A stretch of 64,000 bases of DNA from NCBI GenBank assembly GCA_001938485.1, contig MQRK01230191.1:23341-87340 (forward strand). Direction: 5' to 3'. The DNA is from Girardia tigrina. Taxonomy: Eukaryota. The translations under genes and the position numbers were made by a program. Shown here in pieces: positions 13,801 to 24,953 of the stretch. Under the pieces are notes generated by a model. It saw nothing but the letters and a program-made list of their open reading frames with translations. It made no database searches and had not been told where the DNA came from. Each line of letters starts with the position of its first letter. Within the stretch, counting starts at the first letter, position 1.

Positions 13801-16800
13801 GACAAAGAATAATGCTTGCTAACTCCTTGCTATGGCCTTAATAGTTTGATATAATAAAAAAGTTATTGTGTTATTATGATCTAGTCTTTGTTCAGATTTC
13901 CGTCAATTTGAAGGTCTAATTAAAAAGTTATGATGTTTTTAAAACTTGTGCACTTTTTTCGTGGACACACCTTAGATAATTAATAAAATAGGCAATTTGA
14001 TGCTTAAAGATTATTAAAATTTCTAGTTTATATTTTTTAATTTTTGTACATTTGAAAGACAGTTCTTAATCTAGTGATAATTAGAGTTAATAATTAAATT
14101 TTCTATCAATTGACAAAAATCTGCTCAATGAAAACTTTATAACTATAATTTCTTAATTATAAGTTAATAAAACCTTCAAAATTTATGGCACAAAAAAGTT
14201 ATTTACATCACTCTTCTCATCGATTGAAAGCTTCCTTCTTGCTCGATTCGCCAATATTATTGGAGTTACTTCTTTTTTTACATCAGTCTTAAATTTATAA
14301 TTTTCAAGTAGTTCTTTTCTGATAATTTAATTTTAATTTAGTAAGAATCATAACAATTTATTTACCTATCAGAAGAATAAGTATTTGTTTCACTGTCATA
14401 TTCATTTGTGGAATTGGAGTAAAAATTATTTGGAAAAGATTTTCTCTGTTTAGAATGAGGATGATTAGATTTCACTAAAAAAAGTAAAATAAGAATTAAA
14501 ACAAAACTATTATAAAAAAATACAATAAAAACGAATGGTGGTTCTCATTAATTTTTTTGACAAAGCAAATCAGTTTCACCATTACGAGACATTCAGAGTA
14601 ATTAAAATAAAATGATTAATTGCTATTCATACATGTAGATGTGTTCTTTAAAATCGATAGATACTGGAGATATTATTTTGAATAAGATATTGACGGCAAA
14701 AACTACCGGGAAAATTTCATTTAAAGTGTCGGCAGTTGATGCGAATAAATCGACAGCGAGTGATGTGTCGAGTGAGACCGAGGTCGTCACTAACGTGGAC
14801 GCTATCAACGATAATAGACCGAAGAGTTTAAGTCGAATCGGACGTCGGACAACGGGTCTGTGTTGATGATTAGGATTCGAGAAAACGAGCCGAGGCAGAA
14901 GTTTGTGGAGATTAAAGTGAACGATGAGGATTTGAGTGATAATGGCAAGGTGAATTGTGAATTGAAAGAATCATCGGTGTTGGAATTGAAGTCGATTGGC
15001 AGTAAAGATCTCGATTTGCCGGAAGATGAGGATGAAAAGAAAAGGTTGAAGGAAAAGACACAGAATTGCAGATATTCATAAAAACGCTTTCTGTCAAAAC
15101 AATTACCTTCGATGTGAAGAATCGAGAAACAATAAAACACATCAAAGCAAAAATTGAAAACAAGGAGGGAACTCCAAGTACCCTGCAAAAATTATGGTTC
15201 ACTGGGAAAGTTTTAAGAGATGAAATGTCAATAAAGGAGAGCAATATAATCAAGAATGCTACACTTCATCTTCTGTTTTGCCTGAAAGGAGGCATGGAAA
15301 TGGATGAAGATGAATTAGATAGAAAAATGCTTTGCCGAAGGAGTTCAAAAGATAAATTATTACAATTAAGAAGCAAGCTTGGACATGCGGAAATATCAAC
15401 TGAAGAACTCAATAGAACGATGGTTTCGTACAACGAAAGCTATATTGAAGTGCTGAAGTATTTCGAATCAATGGCAATTAATCCCAAGCGGTTAAAGAAA
15501 AAGGAGTATAGCTTAATAATCGACAAGGAGTTGACAAAATTAGAAGATCAAAAGGAATAGGTGCTGGCAACTGCAAAGCAGAGATTCAACATCAATCATA
15601 AACAGATCAAAGAGGAGGAACGAGTGCAGGCGGTGGAAGATAGAATTCCCATAAAATTCCAACCGGTAACATTACCCAATTTTTCTGGAAATGTGGGTGA
15701 GTATGAAAAATGAAAGCGAACTTTCGAGGCATGTGTCGATTCCTCGAAGATGTCAGATATTGTGAAGCAAATAATGTTGGATCAATGCCTTGTTGGCGAA
15801 CCAAAGACATTGATCAAAAATATCGATATAACCCAAGAATCCTACAAAATGATATTGGCCAAATTGGACAAACGATATGGAGGTGCTCAGAGGCAATACG
15901 CCAATTTAATGAGAGAAATAAATGAGTTCTTTCCAGTGAGGGCAAATAAATTAAAGGACCTAGAATGTTTCGTAGGATTGTTGGAAGCTATTATTTCCAG
16001 ATCAGAGAATAATAACAATGAAGTGGAGATTGAAGGAGGATTACTATACATTACTTTGTTGGCAAAATTACCTAAAGTTTTAGTCGAGTGTTGGGAGAGA
16101 ACTCGCCTTTCAAAAGGAAAACCTCAGAATTTATCAGTTTTAAACGATTGGCTGATAAATGAGGTAGAAATAAAGCGGACCGCTGCGGAAGCTGTTCGTG
16201 GTATCGGCATATTTAATCCCAAAAATCGAAAGAAACATATTCAAGAAATATGTAGTGGAAAAACCTTTTTTTCAAAAGGAAGAAAAAAGAGCAGCTCAAC
16301 CTGAAAGAGAATTTGGAAGGACACTATGTTGGGATTTTCAAAAAGGAGTTTGTAGAAGAGGAAATGCGTGCAGATACATACACGATTTAACAAAGGAAGA
16401 AAGTCCAATCAAATGCAAATATTTCGAATCCGGCAATTGTAGATTTGGGAGTAACTGTAGAAACCTACACTTGAAAAAGGATGTTTTAAATTCAGATCAA
16501 AATAAATACACGGAAGGTAAAGAAGAGCGAAAAGACAAAACACCAGAAGGAGAGTTTAATCAGATTCCGAGTGGTGGGACATTTGTCACTGATCTCATGG
16601 AGGAAAATGAATTCTCTGTGTCCTTGAGAACTGTGAGGAATATTTTAAATTTCGTATGTTGAAATTGGTTTGTTGAATTTTGTATGTTGAGTTTAGTATT
16701 TGGAAATGTGTTTCTCCCACCCAGATGGAAAATTGATATTTTAGATGTNNNNNNNNNNNNNNNNNNNNNNNNNNNNNNNNNNNNNNNNNNNNNNNNNNNN

Positions 16801-19800
16801 NNNNNNNNNNNNNNNNNNNNNNNNNNNNNNNNNNNNNNNNNNNNNNNNNNNNNNNNNNNNNNNNNNNNNNNNNNNNNNNNNNNNNNNNNNNNNNNNNNNN
16901 NNNNNNNNNNNNNNNNNNNNNNNNNNNNNNNNNNNNNNNNNNNNNNNNNNNNNNNNNNNNNNNNNNNNNNNNNNNNNNNNNNNNNNNNNNNNNNNNNNNN
17001 NNNNNNNNNNNNNNNNNNNNNNNNNNNNNNNNNNNNNNNNNNNNNNNNNNNNNNNNNNNNNNNNNNNNNNNNNNNNNNNNNNNNNNNNNNNNNNNNNNNN
17101 NNNNNNNNNNNNNNNNATTATCAATTTAGAACGATGTCGAATGACGAGAGTTTCGCTGAGAGTTGTCCAAAAGACAATTCTGATTGTAATGAAAATAAAA
17201 GTTTGAAAAGCCATGTTGGTGTTCTTAATAAGAACCATTCCCGTTTATCTAATAAATAAAGGAAATCGACTCAGAGTGAACCTGTTACTTGATGACGCTA
17301 ACACAAATTCTTTCATAATTAAAAATGTGGTTGACAAGTTGGGTTTAGTCGGAGAAACCAAAGAAATGAAAATTCGAGTTTTAAATGGTACCAAATCAGT
17401 AAAAGCTGATAGAGTAAATGTTGAACTGAATTCCACAAATGGATCGTTAAGACAAAGACTGAGTCTCTTAATCGTTGATGATGTAACTGAGACTAAAAAG
17501 TGTGTGATTGAGAAAAAATAAAATGCAAATGGCCACACTTGAAAGACATTCCGTTTGAAAATTTTGGAAAACAGAATCAGATTGATGGGCTTTTAGGAGC
17601 AGATTATTTAAATCTACAATATTCTATGAAAGAAGTTCAAGGACGATTAAATGAACCAATAGCTCGATTGATACCGCTCGGGTGGACCTGCGTTGGTAAA
17701 GTTTCGACAGAGAATTCATAAAAGGAGCAACTTTATGATGTGCTTCTTTACTGGAGAGAGACAACATAAGTCACAGGAATCAAGCGAGGCAAGTCGATTC
17801 AGGGCACATAATGGTGAACGACAGTTCAGAAAAGACCGAGTCAATGGAGAAGACTATAATCGAGTCAAATATTTTAAGGGTCAATCAAGTGTTAACTTTA
17901 ATCAAATTTTAAATGCTCCTCCGTACAGTAATAAAAATGATTTTGAAAACAACAAAATGGGTTACTTGGATGAAAATTGTAAAAATCGAGAATACAGAGG
18001 ACGAGATTGTTTTAAGGGAGAAAGAGGATTGTGTAGAGATCAAGGTGATTACCGACGACCAAGAGACGATGATCGAGGCAAAAATGCTAACGAAGGATTT
18101 TTTAACAATATGCCATTCGACAACCGTGAAATACCTATTACTGAAAAAGAGTCGGATTCATACAAAGATTATGTCGAGGCATCAGTCAAAAATGAAGCAA
18201 ATTATGAACCGAATGTTGTGGAAAATGAAACTATTGATATGACAAAATCGAGTTGGGGAGAAATTGAAGATGATACTGTGAAAATAAAAACCACTGAGAT
18301 TAAATTCCTTGGACAGTGGAAGGCTCACCATGGGAAAGATCAGCTAATGAATCAGAATAGTAAAGAAATTCGAAAAGCTAATGATGGTCCAGATGTTTTC
18401 AGTGGAACAGAGGAATACAGAAATGAGAGTTCTACTAAAGAACATACTGATGAACATGATGCTCATAAAAATCAATACGGTCGTCAAAAGCAATCGCTTA
18501 AAATGTTAGTTCGTTTTAGACTAATATTTTGGCGAGGTGAGTGCAAGTGGTCATGGCGAGGAGAATGTGAGTGTTCATGGCGAGTTGAGTGCAAGTGGTT
18601 GTTACGAGGATGGTATGGAAGGACGCGGCGAGGAGAACACTGTCGGAACGAGCGAGGAGACGGCGAGCATAGAGGGTCAACAGAGTCAGGACAATTATAC
18701 GGTATTAAAATTTTTTTCAAACTTTACATACTTACTCATTCTCGATGACAATAAATGATTATATGAAAATTTGATCGGAAAAAACCTTTTAAGATCCCAA
18801 AATGGGATAAAAACGGAAAATTTGGAGTTCCAGAGCAATATTAATTGTAAGATATCTACTTATAATTTATAAGTAGTCTATATTATTTTTTTGTCTAAAT
18901 TAAAATTTTGCATTGTTTGTTAATGTTGCGGCAGTGTTTTTGAAGTGCCTTTTTAAAGATAACAACTTTGTAACTGAATGCGCTGATGAATAATGTCACC
19001 CTCCGTCAAAACACTCACTATGTCACATCTCTCGGCCCACGAATAATGGTTGTTCTATTCAGCATCAAAACATGAAGTGTCAAATAATACGGGTCACAAT
19101 TCACCATTGGCAAGCTGAGTCTCCATCTCGTGTGATTGTATGCGTGTGTGAGTGTAATCCATCACTGATTATTGTGCAATTACACTTTTATTTGTCCTCA
19201 ATTGCTGACAAATAAAGCGAAATTACGTGAAATTATTATTATCAAAATTAATTAATATTAAATTTTTATTAGTTTTTTAATTAAACTTTTTGAAATTTTA
19301 AAATCTTTGTCGGCAAAGTAGAGTTCTGTCTGCATAAAGAATGGATATAAAAAATTTAATTTTTTGATTTACTAGTTTTATATTGAAAAAATGTCTTCTA
19401 GTTAATTATTAATAAATAATTATGATTAGTTAAAGCAATAATTAAATCAAATAAAAGTTTGAAAAAACAAATAATTAAGATAAATCACATTAATCATTAA
19501 AATAATAATTATAGCTAAATTTACTCGAATGTTTTGGTTCAGAAAATCCTAAATTTTTTTGATCAGCTAATTTGGAGGACATTATCTTTTCGAGATTTTT
19601 CATTTTCTCCGACATTTTTATAATATTATTAAGAATATTGTCGGTTTGTCGATTAGTATTTATCGCATCTTTTATGTATTTTCTGCTTTCTAGATCGTGC
19701 ATTTGCAGTTCGTCAACAGTCATCGGCTCCCAAGCTGCCAATTGACGTTCTTGTTTGATCATTATAGTTCAATATTATAGATCAAGAGTTGTTAGAACTT

Positions 19801-20762
19801 ACTAACTGATGAACAGAAATGCTCTGATTCACTCGATGACTCTTCGTCAATTGTTCTTCTGCTAGAATTATCTGTCTGTGAGCTCGAGACACTCAATTCG
19901 TTCAATTCTTCAAGTTTTTGTTTCTTGATTTGTCTCGAATGATTATCCGTAGGTTTAGCATTTTTACTTTGCAGTTTAGCTTTATCTGACAATTGTTTCA
20001 ATCCATCTTTAACTTTGTTTTTCTTTTCTTCTTCTAGTAATTTACTTTCTATTTTTGCTTTTTTTAAATTATCGCGTTTATGTTTCATATAATCGGCAAT
20101 TTCTGCATTTTTCGAACTGTTTTTTAAATTTGATGTTTCATTTTTGTCATTTCCTGAGTTGGATTTATTTGGTCTCGACTGAGGTCGCGGGACATGACAT
20201 GTATCTCCGAGAAATGTTTGTGTACGTTGAATCGGTTCTGTCATAATAAAGTTACTAATTAAATTATCTTAAGAAAAAATAATAAATTAAGCATAATTAA
20301 TAATTATAAATATAGTAAAAAAAGTCCAACATTTTTATTTCCCATATTTATATTTATATTCAAATGAACGCATTAAATAGCGAGTTTGTTTGGGAAATGA
20401 AATTCAGAACAAAATCTATTTCGCCTGTGATTGATTGTTTAGCACAGACCGAATATGCTTGAATACTATCAACAGCTTTTAACTTGGTATAATTGAAAAA
20501 ACCTCGTCAAAGGAAAAGCCTGCCAGTTCATGATAGTCTTGCCAGGTGACGTCGTAGATCATTTACAGCAATAGTCCAGCGAACATCTAGTCACGTTTTC
20601 TTCATAATGCTGAGACACCTTTCACCATTTGTATTGCTGCCAAGTGGATCGAACTTTGATTTGTCAATTAAGTCCCAATGGGACTTAAGTTAACAAAAGT
20701 TATCTATGTCAGGTCCCTTCGACACAAAAAAGCCTGAAACACAACTGCTGCACAGATTTCAA

Positions 20763-20802
<40 letters not shown>

Positions 20803-23739
20803 TGTGTATCATTAATGTTGAATATATTGTTGTTGTAACGTTTATATTTTGTAACAAAATTAAAGTTTAATTATCTTTAAAATAAGTTCTGATTTTAATT
20901 GAAACATTTCTGATTTTAATTGAAAAACCTTAGTTTTTCTTGTGGCTGGGTTGATCTCCTCTAATAAAACTCTCAAATACTTGATCACGGCCTTTTTGAA
21001 CATTTTTAACTCATCAATTAGTTTTATTTTTTTTAATAAAATTGTAACTTTTATTCATTTCATAAAATGTTTGATGAATATTAAATTGCATGACATTTAT
21101 ACATTACATGTATTAAAATACTTGATTACAAATAAAAGTACTACTTTAATACACTTTATTGAGGCGCCCAATTAAACATTTTATCACGGCGCCCAAAACT
21201 TATCGAGCTGCATCCGATATTAGTAGTAGTATATTATTTATTGATATATCCAACATGCGAAGATTGTCATCGGCAATTTGAACGATAATATTGGCATTTG
21301 GACTAGAATCTATAGGCCTGCAATCAATAAGAGAGCACAAAGATGAAGTAGAAATATCTCCGATCAGTGTATTGAAATATTTTTGGTTCATCTATAATCA
21401 AGAAAACTTTTTGTTGGGAATTTTTTCCTTTAATAGTAATTTAATAATTAAATTCGACAAATTTGTTGGCGGCGTTTTGTTGTGATACCATTCAAAGTCC
21501 ACACTACACAGCAAAACTGCTAAATGTCATGAATATATATGTCAACATACACTAATGTTTTATAATTTTGATTTTAAGTAAGTTTTTGCTAAATTTTCAA
21601 AATTTGGGATTTGTCTCAATCATTTTGTCCATTGATTGAATTTCAAATGGTTTTGGATTTAATGAGAAGGTTAAAAATGAGACGTCGCATGTAGAGTGAA
21701 AGATCTCGTCTCAAAGATTGAGTATTGTTTAGTTGATAATTTCAATATACCTCCTCTTCCGTTAGTAATGAATTTGGAAGTAATATTGCTGGGCATATGA
21801 ATCTTTGTAAATGGGACATAAATATCCATAACTTTAAAATTGTGTACTTATCGCATTCTGAATGTTAATTGACAGGTTGTAGTGCCTTATTACACCCGTT
21901 TACAATTTATAAGGGCCCTTTTACATTGAATAAGGGCACTGGATGAATCTATTTATAGATTTGTGATATATTCTGATATTTTTTGTGATATATTTTGGAT
22001 TTATTTTGAATTACAATAAAAAATCAATAAGTTAGATTTTTTAATAAATTTATTTATACAACCTTTTACGATTTTTTTTACAAATATATAAAAATAAATT
22101 TTTAATCAATCTCCGTTTATGTCAATCTTCATAAGCGAAGAAGGAAAAAATTTTTGATGTGGCGATAGTATTCTTTCAGATAAGAATAATCGCCACTAGA
22201 TATTTGGCTTGTTATTAAGCCTGACAGCAGGTCCTGTCTTTGAGACGGGGTCATCTCCGAAATGCCCGGCGCTAATGTTAGTGCCGATCGAACGCTTCTC
22301 TTCAGTTAAATATATTATAAATATTTACGAATTTCGATTTGCTTTTTGTCGTAACGGTTCGCTTTTTTCAGAATCGTTCGATATACTCCTAAAATTGTAC
22401 ACTAAAAATTATTTAAAAGAAATTATTAATGCCTTGATTCAATTATTTGGGCATCTTCAGTTGCGCTGCTGATATACGAATATTGCGCATCCATTTTTCA
22501 ATAATTTTTTTTAAATAATTTTGAAAATTTATTAATTTAAAATTTACGTTTTACCCTTGTAAAACGTTAAATGCCCTTAACAATTGTAAAAAAATTTGTA
22601 TGTATGATGTGTGTTTTTCATTTTATTTGCGTGCTTGTATGTATGTAAAGGTGTATGTTTTTATTTTTTCTGACCTATCTATATTTTCATGCCCTAATCA
22701 AATTTTAATGCCTTTTTCAAATGAAAAACAGGTAAATTTTTATTGCTTGTTTTTCATTTTTTTGCATGCTTTAGTTGTTTATTTATATATATACACTTAT
22801 TCAATTTAAATTATCACTTATTATTTGTTAACAGGTGTAATAGAGATTAATAAAACTGCCGTTCGTACTGTGAGTGAAATCAGTTTTGTTGAAGAGAAAA
22901 CTCATCTTTTGAAATGGATGAGGTTCTATCCTTACAACATAACCAATGATCAAGAACCTTACTCGATCGACTCATTTGCGAGTGCTCACTAATTCGGGTT
23001 TAAAGTGTATTACAAATCTTTATCATAGTTTTTCTTATAAATCGATCGAAACAATTAGTAATTAAAAAGTTATTAAATTGATTGCAACGATAATTAAACA
23101 GATCGGGAATCCCTATCATAAAAAAACTACTCTATTATTAAATTAACACTCATAAAACATTAATAAAAACAAACAAACTTTCACGAGCTTCAAAATTTCT
23201 TTTCTCACATTTTCCTTGGTCTTTTTTCTGATTTGAATGATGATTAATATTATCGAAATTAGATTTAGTTTTCAGAACTTTTTTCCAACTAAACTCATCG
23301 ATTTTCCGCACGTTATTTGACGAATTACGAACTTTGCGCAACAGATTATACTTATCGACATTTCCCGATTCATCTGGACGAATTATTCGCGCATTATTAT
23401 TTGAATGATAAACAAATTGACGTTTTTTTTACTTTTATCTTCCGATAAAATCGCGGGTTTTTTCTGGTGTATCGAATAACCGTCGGCAATAGAAAACCCT
23501 GTTTTATAATTTTCGAGAATGATTTTTCAAAAAATTTTACATTTTTCAATTTAATTAACCCTTATAAGTCGGAATATCGACATTGTTGCTGATTTTTCGT
23601 TGATTGTTATTAGAAATCGGATAATTTTTCCCAATTATTCCCGTTACGTCAGTATCATTAACGTAATACGCGCTATTTAATTTAGTTTTAGGTGGTAAAA
23701 CGTACATTGAATTATCACAAAATGAAGTGTTATCAAAAT
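1868..23739 (-). CDS. CEP350: CEP350-like centriolar protein, multi-exon; 3' end probably beyond the left edge
   Basis: Exons, mostly GT-AG bounded, at about 23560-23739, 23185-23498 (further split), 19805-20245, 19530-19750, 14366-14474, 14207-14318, 6167-6238, 5339-6109, 5211-5288, 2045-2108, 1868-1986. CEP350-like motifs: RKISNNVDIPTYK|GF (cf. RKVATAPPAPAYKGF), EIADYMKHKR..EEEKK..LKQL, and LERQLLVELHYYDSLQVSMEQL..GVGFAQQETLSLAQILK (cf. GISLAQQESVSLAQIIK). Start codon and some boundaries uncertain. Confidence 0.8.
2330..2800 (+). mobile_element. Penelope-like element 3' remnant (GIY-YIG end plus pLTR)
   Basis: Degenerate A*IAGTSSHLCKRI*EHGRKVGGSNI..FKNY..TTLLNAFR aligns with the GIY-YIG ORF at 37366-37713; followed by a hammerhead-like motif. 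Confidence 0.75.
2731..2770 (+). ncRNA. Degenerate minimal hammerhead ribozyme motif (Penelope type)
   Basis: CTGAAGA-T-GACGGC-TAT-GTCGTC-GAAA-TTAA-TT; stem II intact, stem I decayed. Confidence 0.55.
3155..3900 (-). mobile_element. mariner (DD34D) transposon, 5'-truncated
   Basis: IVTCDEKWVYF, LQQDNAKPH and HPAYSPNLAPSDYHL motifs (ORF 3269-3757); TA then TIR-like TTAGGGTGAACCAAAAG at 3155. Confidence 0.92.
3960..4825 (-). mobile_element. hAT transposon remnant (dimerisation domain plus one terminus)
   Basis: LYNALMTLQPTSTASERTFSLAGSFETKIRNQLNE at ~4020-4125; terminus TAGGGAGTGTAAACCGG (minus) at 4825 with CGGTTAA subterminal repeats. Confidence 0.7.
4556..4722. repeat. Array of ~21-bp units (TTTTGAAATACAATT..) ending in TTGAAATGGTG|TA; transposon end shared with 59480-59645
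   Basis: Same array and terminus, each followed by TA, at both loci. Confidence 0.7.
7805..8030 (+). mobile_element. MULE transposase C-terminal remnant
   Basis: RTNNFAEAVHRKL..GVDHSSIWNFIDGLRMIQKAVDQLYE with a frameshift, matching the RTNN..E..H..HP.iwkFI motif. Confidence 0.7.
8142..8985 (-). mobile_element. mariner transposon, decayed
   Basis: RFVPRFLT, LHDNTPIH and HPPCSQDLAPSDFFLF; TA plus TIR CGTGGTGCG at 8142, same TIR start as 46069. Confidence 0.9.
8985..10745 (-). mobile_element. RTE-clade LINE fragment (RT region), interrupted at 9254-9549
   Basis: QRWKEYSSEL, ISAELIQ..WPSQWTESILIPISKK, RQGCILS, NLRFADDIDL. Confidence 0.88.
11062..12240 (+). mobile_element. Internally deleted Gypsy element: putative LTR 11062-11315, PBS, integrase remnant
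   Basis: TGTT...AACA then PBS; ORF 11831-12202 is an rve core (YLLTIVDRKTNW..ITTDQRRQFES..ANGKAEVFHR). Confidence 0.8.
11317..11334 (+). promoter_or_regulatory. Primer-binding site complementary to a tRNA-Leu 3' end
   Basis: TGGTGTCAGAAGTGGGAT, 1 nt after the LTR-terminal CA. Confidence 0.85.
12647..13972 (+). mobile_element. Full-length Tc1-superfamily transposon (ITmD37E-like), transposase frameshifted
   Basis: ~55-bp TIRs AGGTGTGTCCAC.AAAAAAGTGCACAAGTTTTAAAA, TA on both sides; LDDESYF, WPDFASCHY and NPPCAPQIRPIE across ORFs 12784-13801. Confidence 0.95.
14645..14965 (+). pseudogene. Intronless protocadherin-like extracellular-repeat fragment inside BEL/Pao A
   Basis: IDTGDIIL..FKVSAVDA..SSETEVVTNVDAINDNRP (DxNDNxP-like), then IRENEP..IKVNDEDLSDNGKVNCEL (xEN..DxDxxxNG.V.C.L); one frameshift. 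Confidence 0.75.
15066..15293 (+). CDS. Ubiquitin-like domain (76 codons, ends LKGG) fused in frame to Gag
   Basis: LQIFIKTLSVKTIT..IKAKIENKEG.P..QKLWFTGK.L..TLHLLFCLKGG|M; about half of positions identical to ubiquitin by hand alignment. Confidence 0.92.
16632..17230 (+). mobile_element. Solo LTR (TGTGAGG...CTTAATA) inserted at the start of the BEL/Pao A protease
   Basis: 5-bp TSD AGAAC at 16627-31 and 17231-35; excision restores SLRTIPV; internal N gap. Confidence 0.9.
18530..18680 (+). repeat. Degenerate 24-bp coding tandem repeat
   Basis: GGCGAGGTGAGTGCAAGTGGTCAT-like units (GEVSASGH, GEENVSVH, GELSASGC..). Confidence 0.75.
20764..20801. repeat. (TA)n microsatellite
   Basis: Direct; similar tracts at 31186-31217 and 58844-58887. 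Confidence 0.95.
20940..21900 (-). mobile_element. hAT-like (DUF659/CGGBP-type) transposase remnant
   Basis: QKYFNTLIGDI..CRPIDSSPNANIIVQIADDNLR..ILLLISDAAR, with scattered stops. Confidence 0.55.
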
Positions 23740-24617
23740 CTGGAATTTATTGATTTAGTAATTACTTAAATGAAAATAAATTTACCATTTTCTAATAACT
23801 CACTTACGAACATATATATATTTATGAATTTAACAATTATATGTTCAAAAAATATTTATCAAATAATTTGAATAATTTAATTAATGAAATGGATTTAAAC
23901 AAACGGGTATCTAACGAAAATAGGAGAAAAAAACAAACTTTAAGATTTAAAAAATTGAAAAAATGGTTTGTAAAAAAATTAAAAAAAATTTTCATGGTTT
24001 GTGACATCTGGTTTAGATAAAATGTATCAGTTAATATTTACGATATTCTATATAGAATGTACTTTTTTTGAAAAAAATGAGTTTACAATGGAATAATTAA
24101 CCAATAAAAATTTAATGTTTTAATAATTTTTATTTAAGTTTAATCATTTTTTAGGGAAAAAAATAACTATTTTATACTGAAAACATATTTTCATCGATGA
24201 CGACGTTAATTGAATACCAATTACCATTTGTGGATGGTCTAGATTAATTTAAAATATTGAATTGCAATTTTAATTTTTGTTTTAGATTTTTGTTGTTGAC
24301 ATTAATATGTATAAAAGCGTTTTTATTACCACGTTTTACTTAGCTTCGTTTCTTGTCTAGAACATGTGATTGTCTTGTGATTGATTTTTCGACCACTTTC
24401 AGTCATCCAATTGAGCTGAATTTTTTTATACAGGCTTGCTTCCGATGACAATACAATATTTTAAAACATTTACGGCTCTACATAAACCGCATATGCTATA
24501 ATTTAACTTTATGAAAAAAATCAATAATATTAATTAATACGTACAAAAAAATTATAATTTCTGTTATTCGAAATCAATCGAAAGATTTGAATTCCTAAAT
24601 GTTAACTAAAAATAGTT

Positions 24618-24953
24618 AAATAATATTATTAATAAAAAAAAATTTTATAAAAACAACCACGTTTTTCAAGCATTACTAAAAAGAGGAAAATAATTTTTTT
24701 TCTAGACATGTGAGAAATTTTATACCTAACCAAAAACGTGGGGCATAGAAATGATCGATTGTTACTAAAAAGCAGTAAAGAGGAAATAGCAGTTACTAAT
24801 AGCAGTAATTCAGAAATCCGACCTACGTTTTTGGTTAGGTATAAAATTTCGCACATGGCTAGAAAAAAAATATTTTCCTCTTTTTAGTGCATTGGTAATG
24901 CTTGAAAAACGTGGTTGTTTTTATAAAAAAATTTTTATTAATAATATTATTTT
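24618..24953. mobile_element. Foldback/MITE-like inverted repeat (~125-bp arms)
   Basis: AACAACCACGTTTTTCAAGCATTAC..ATACCTAACCAAAAACGT is mirrored at ~24826-24953. Confidence 0.8.

Larger units (their letters stand above)
14639..18750 (+). mobile_element. BEL/Pao retrotransposon A, decayed: cadherin cargo-Ub-Gag-2xCCCH-protease; no RT/IN
   Basis: DUF1759-type gag (LPNFSGNVGEY..FEACVD..LVGEPKTLIKNIDITQESY..LDKRYGG); protease SLRTIPV..VNLLLDDANTNSFI; LLGADY..ARLIPLGWTCVG. Confidence 0.88.

Noticed and set aside
15066-15560. Host ubiquitin or ubiquitin-ribosomal fusion gene
   Set aside because: Too diverged from ubiquitin, starts TTG, and the tail leads into BEL/Pao Gag rather than L40, S27a or S30
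16684-17259. Long ORFs spanning N runs (also 46421-46919, 194-388)
   Set aside because: Artefacts of assembly gaps
20400-20500. Another cadherin-like fragment (KAVD..ITGEI)
   Set aside because: Too short and degenerate to support
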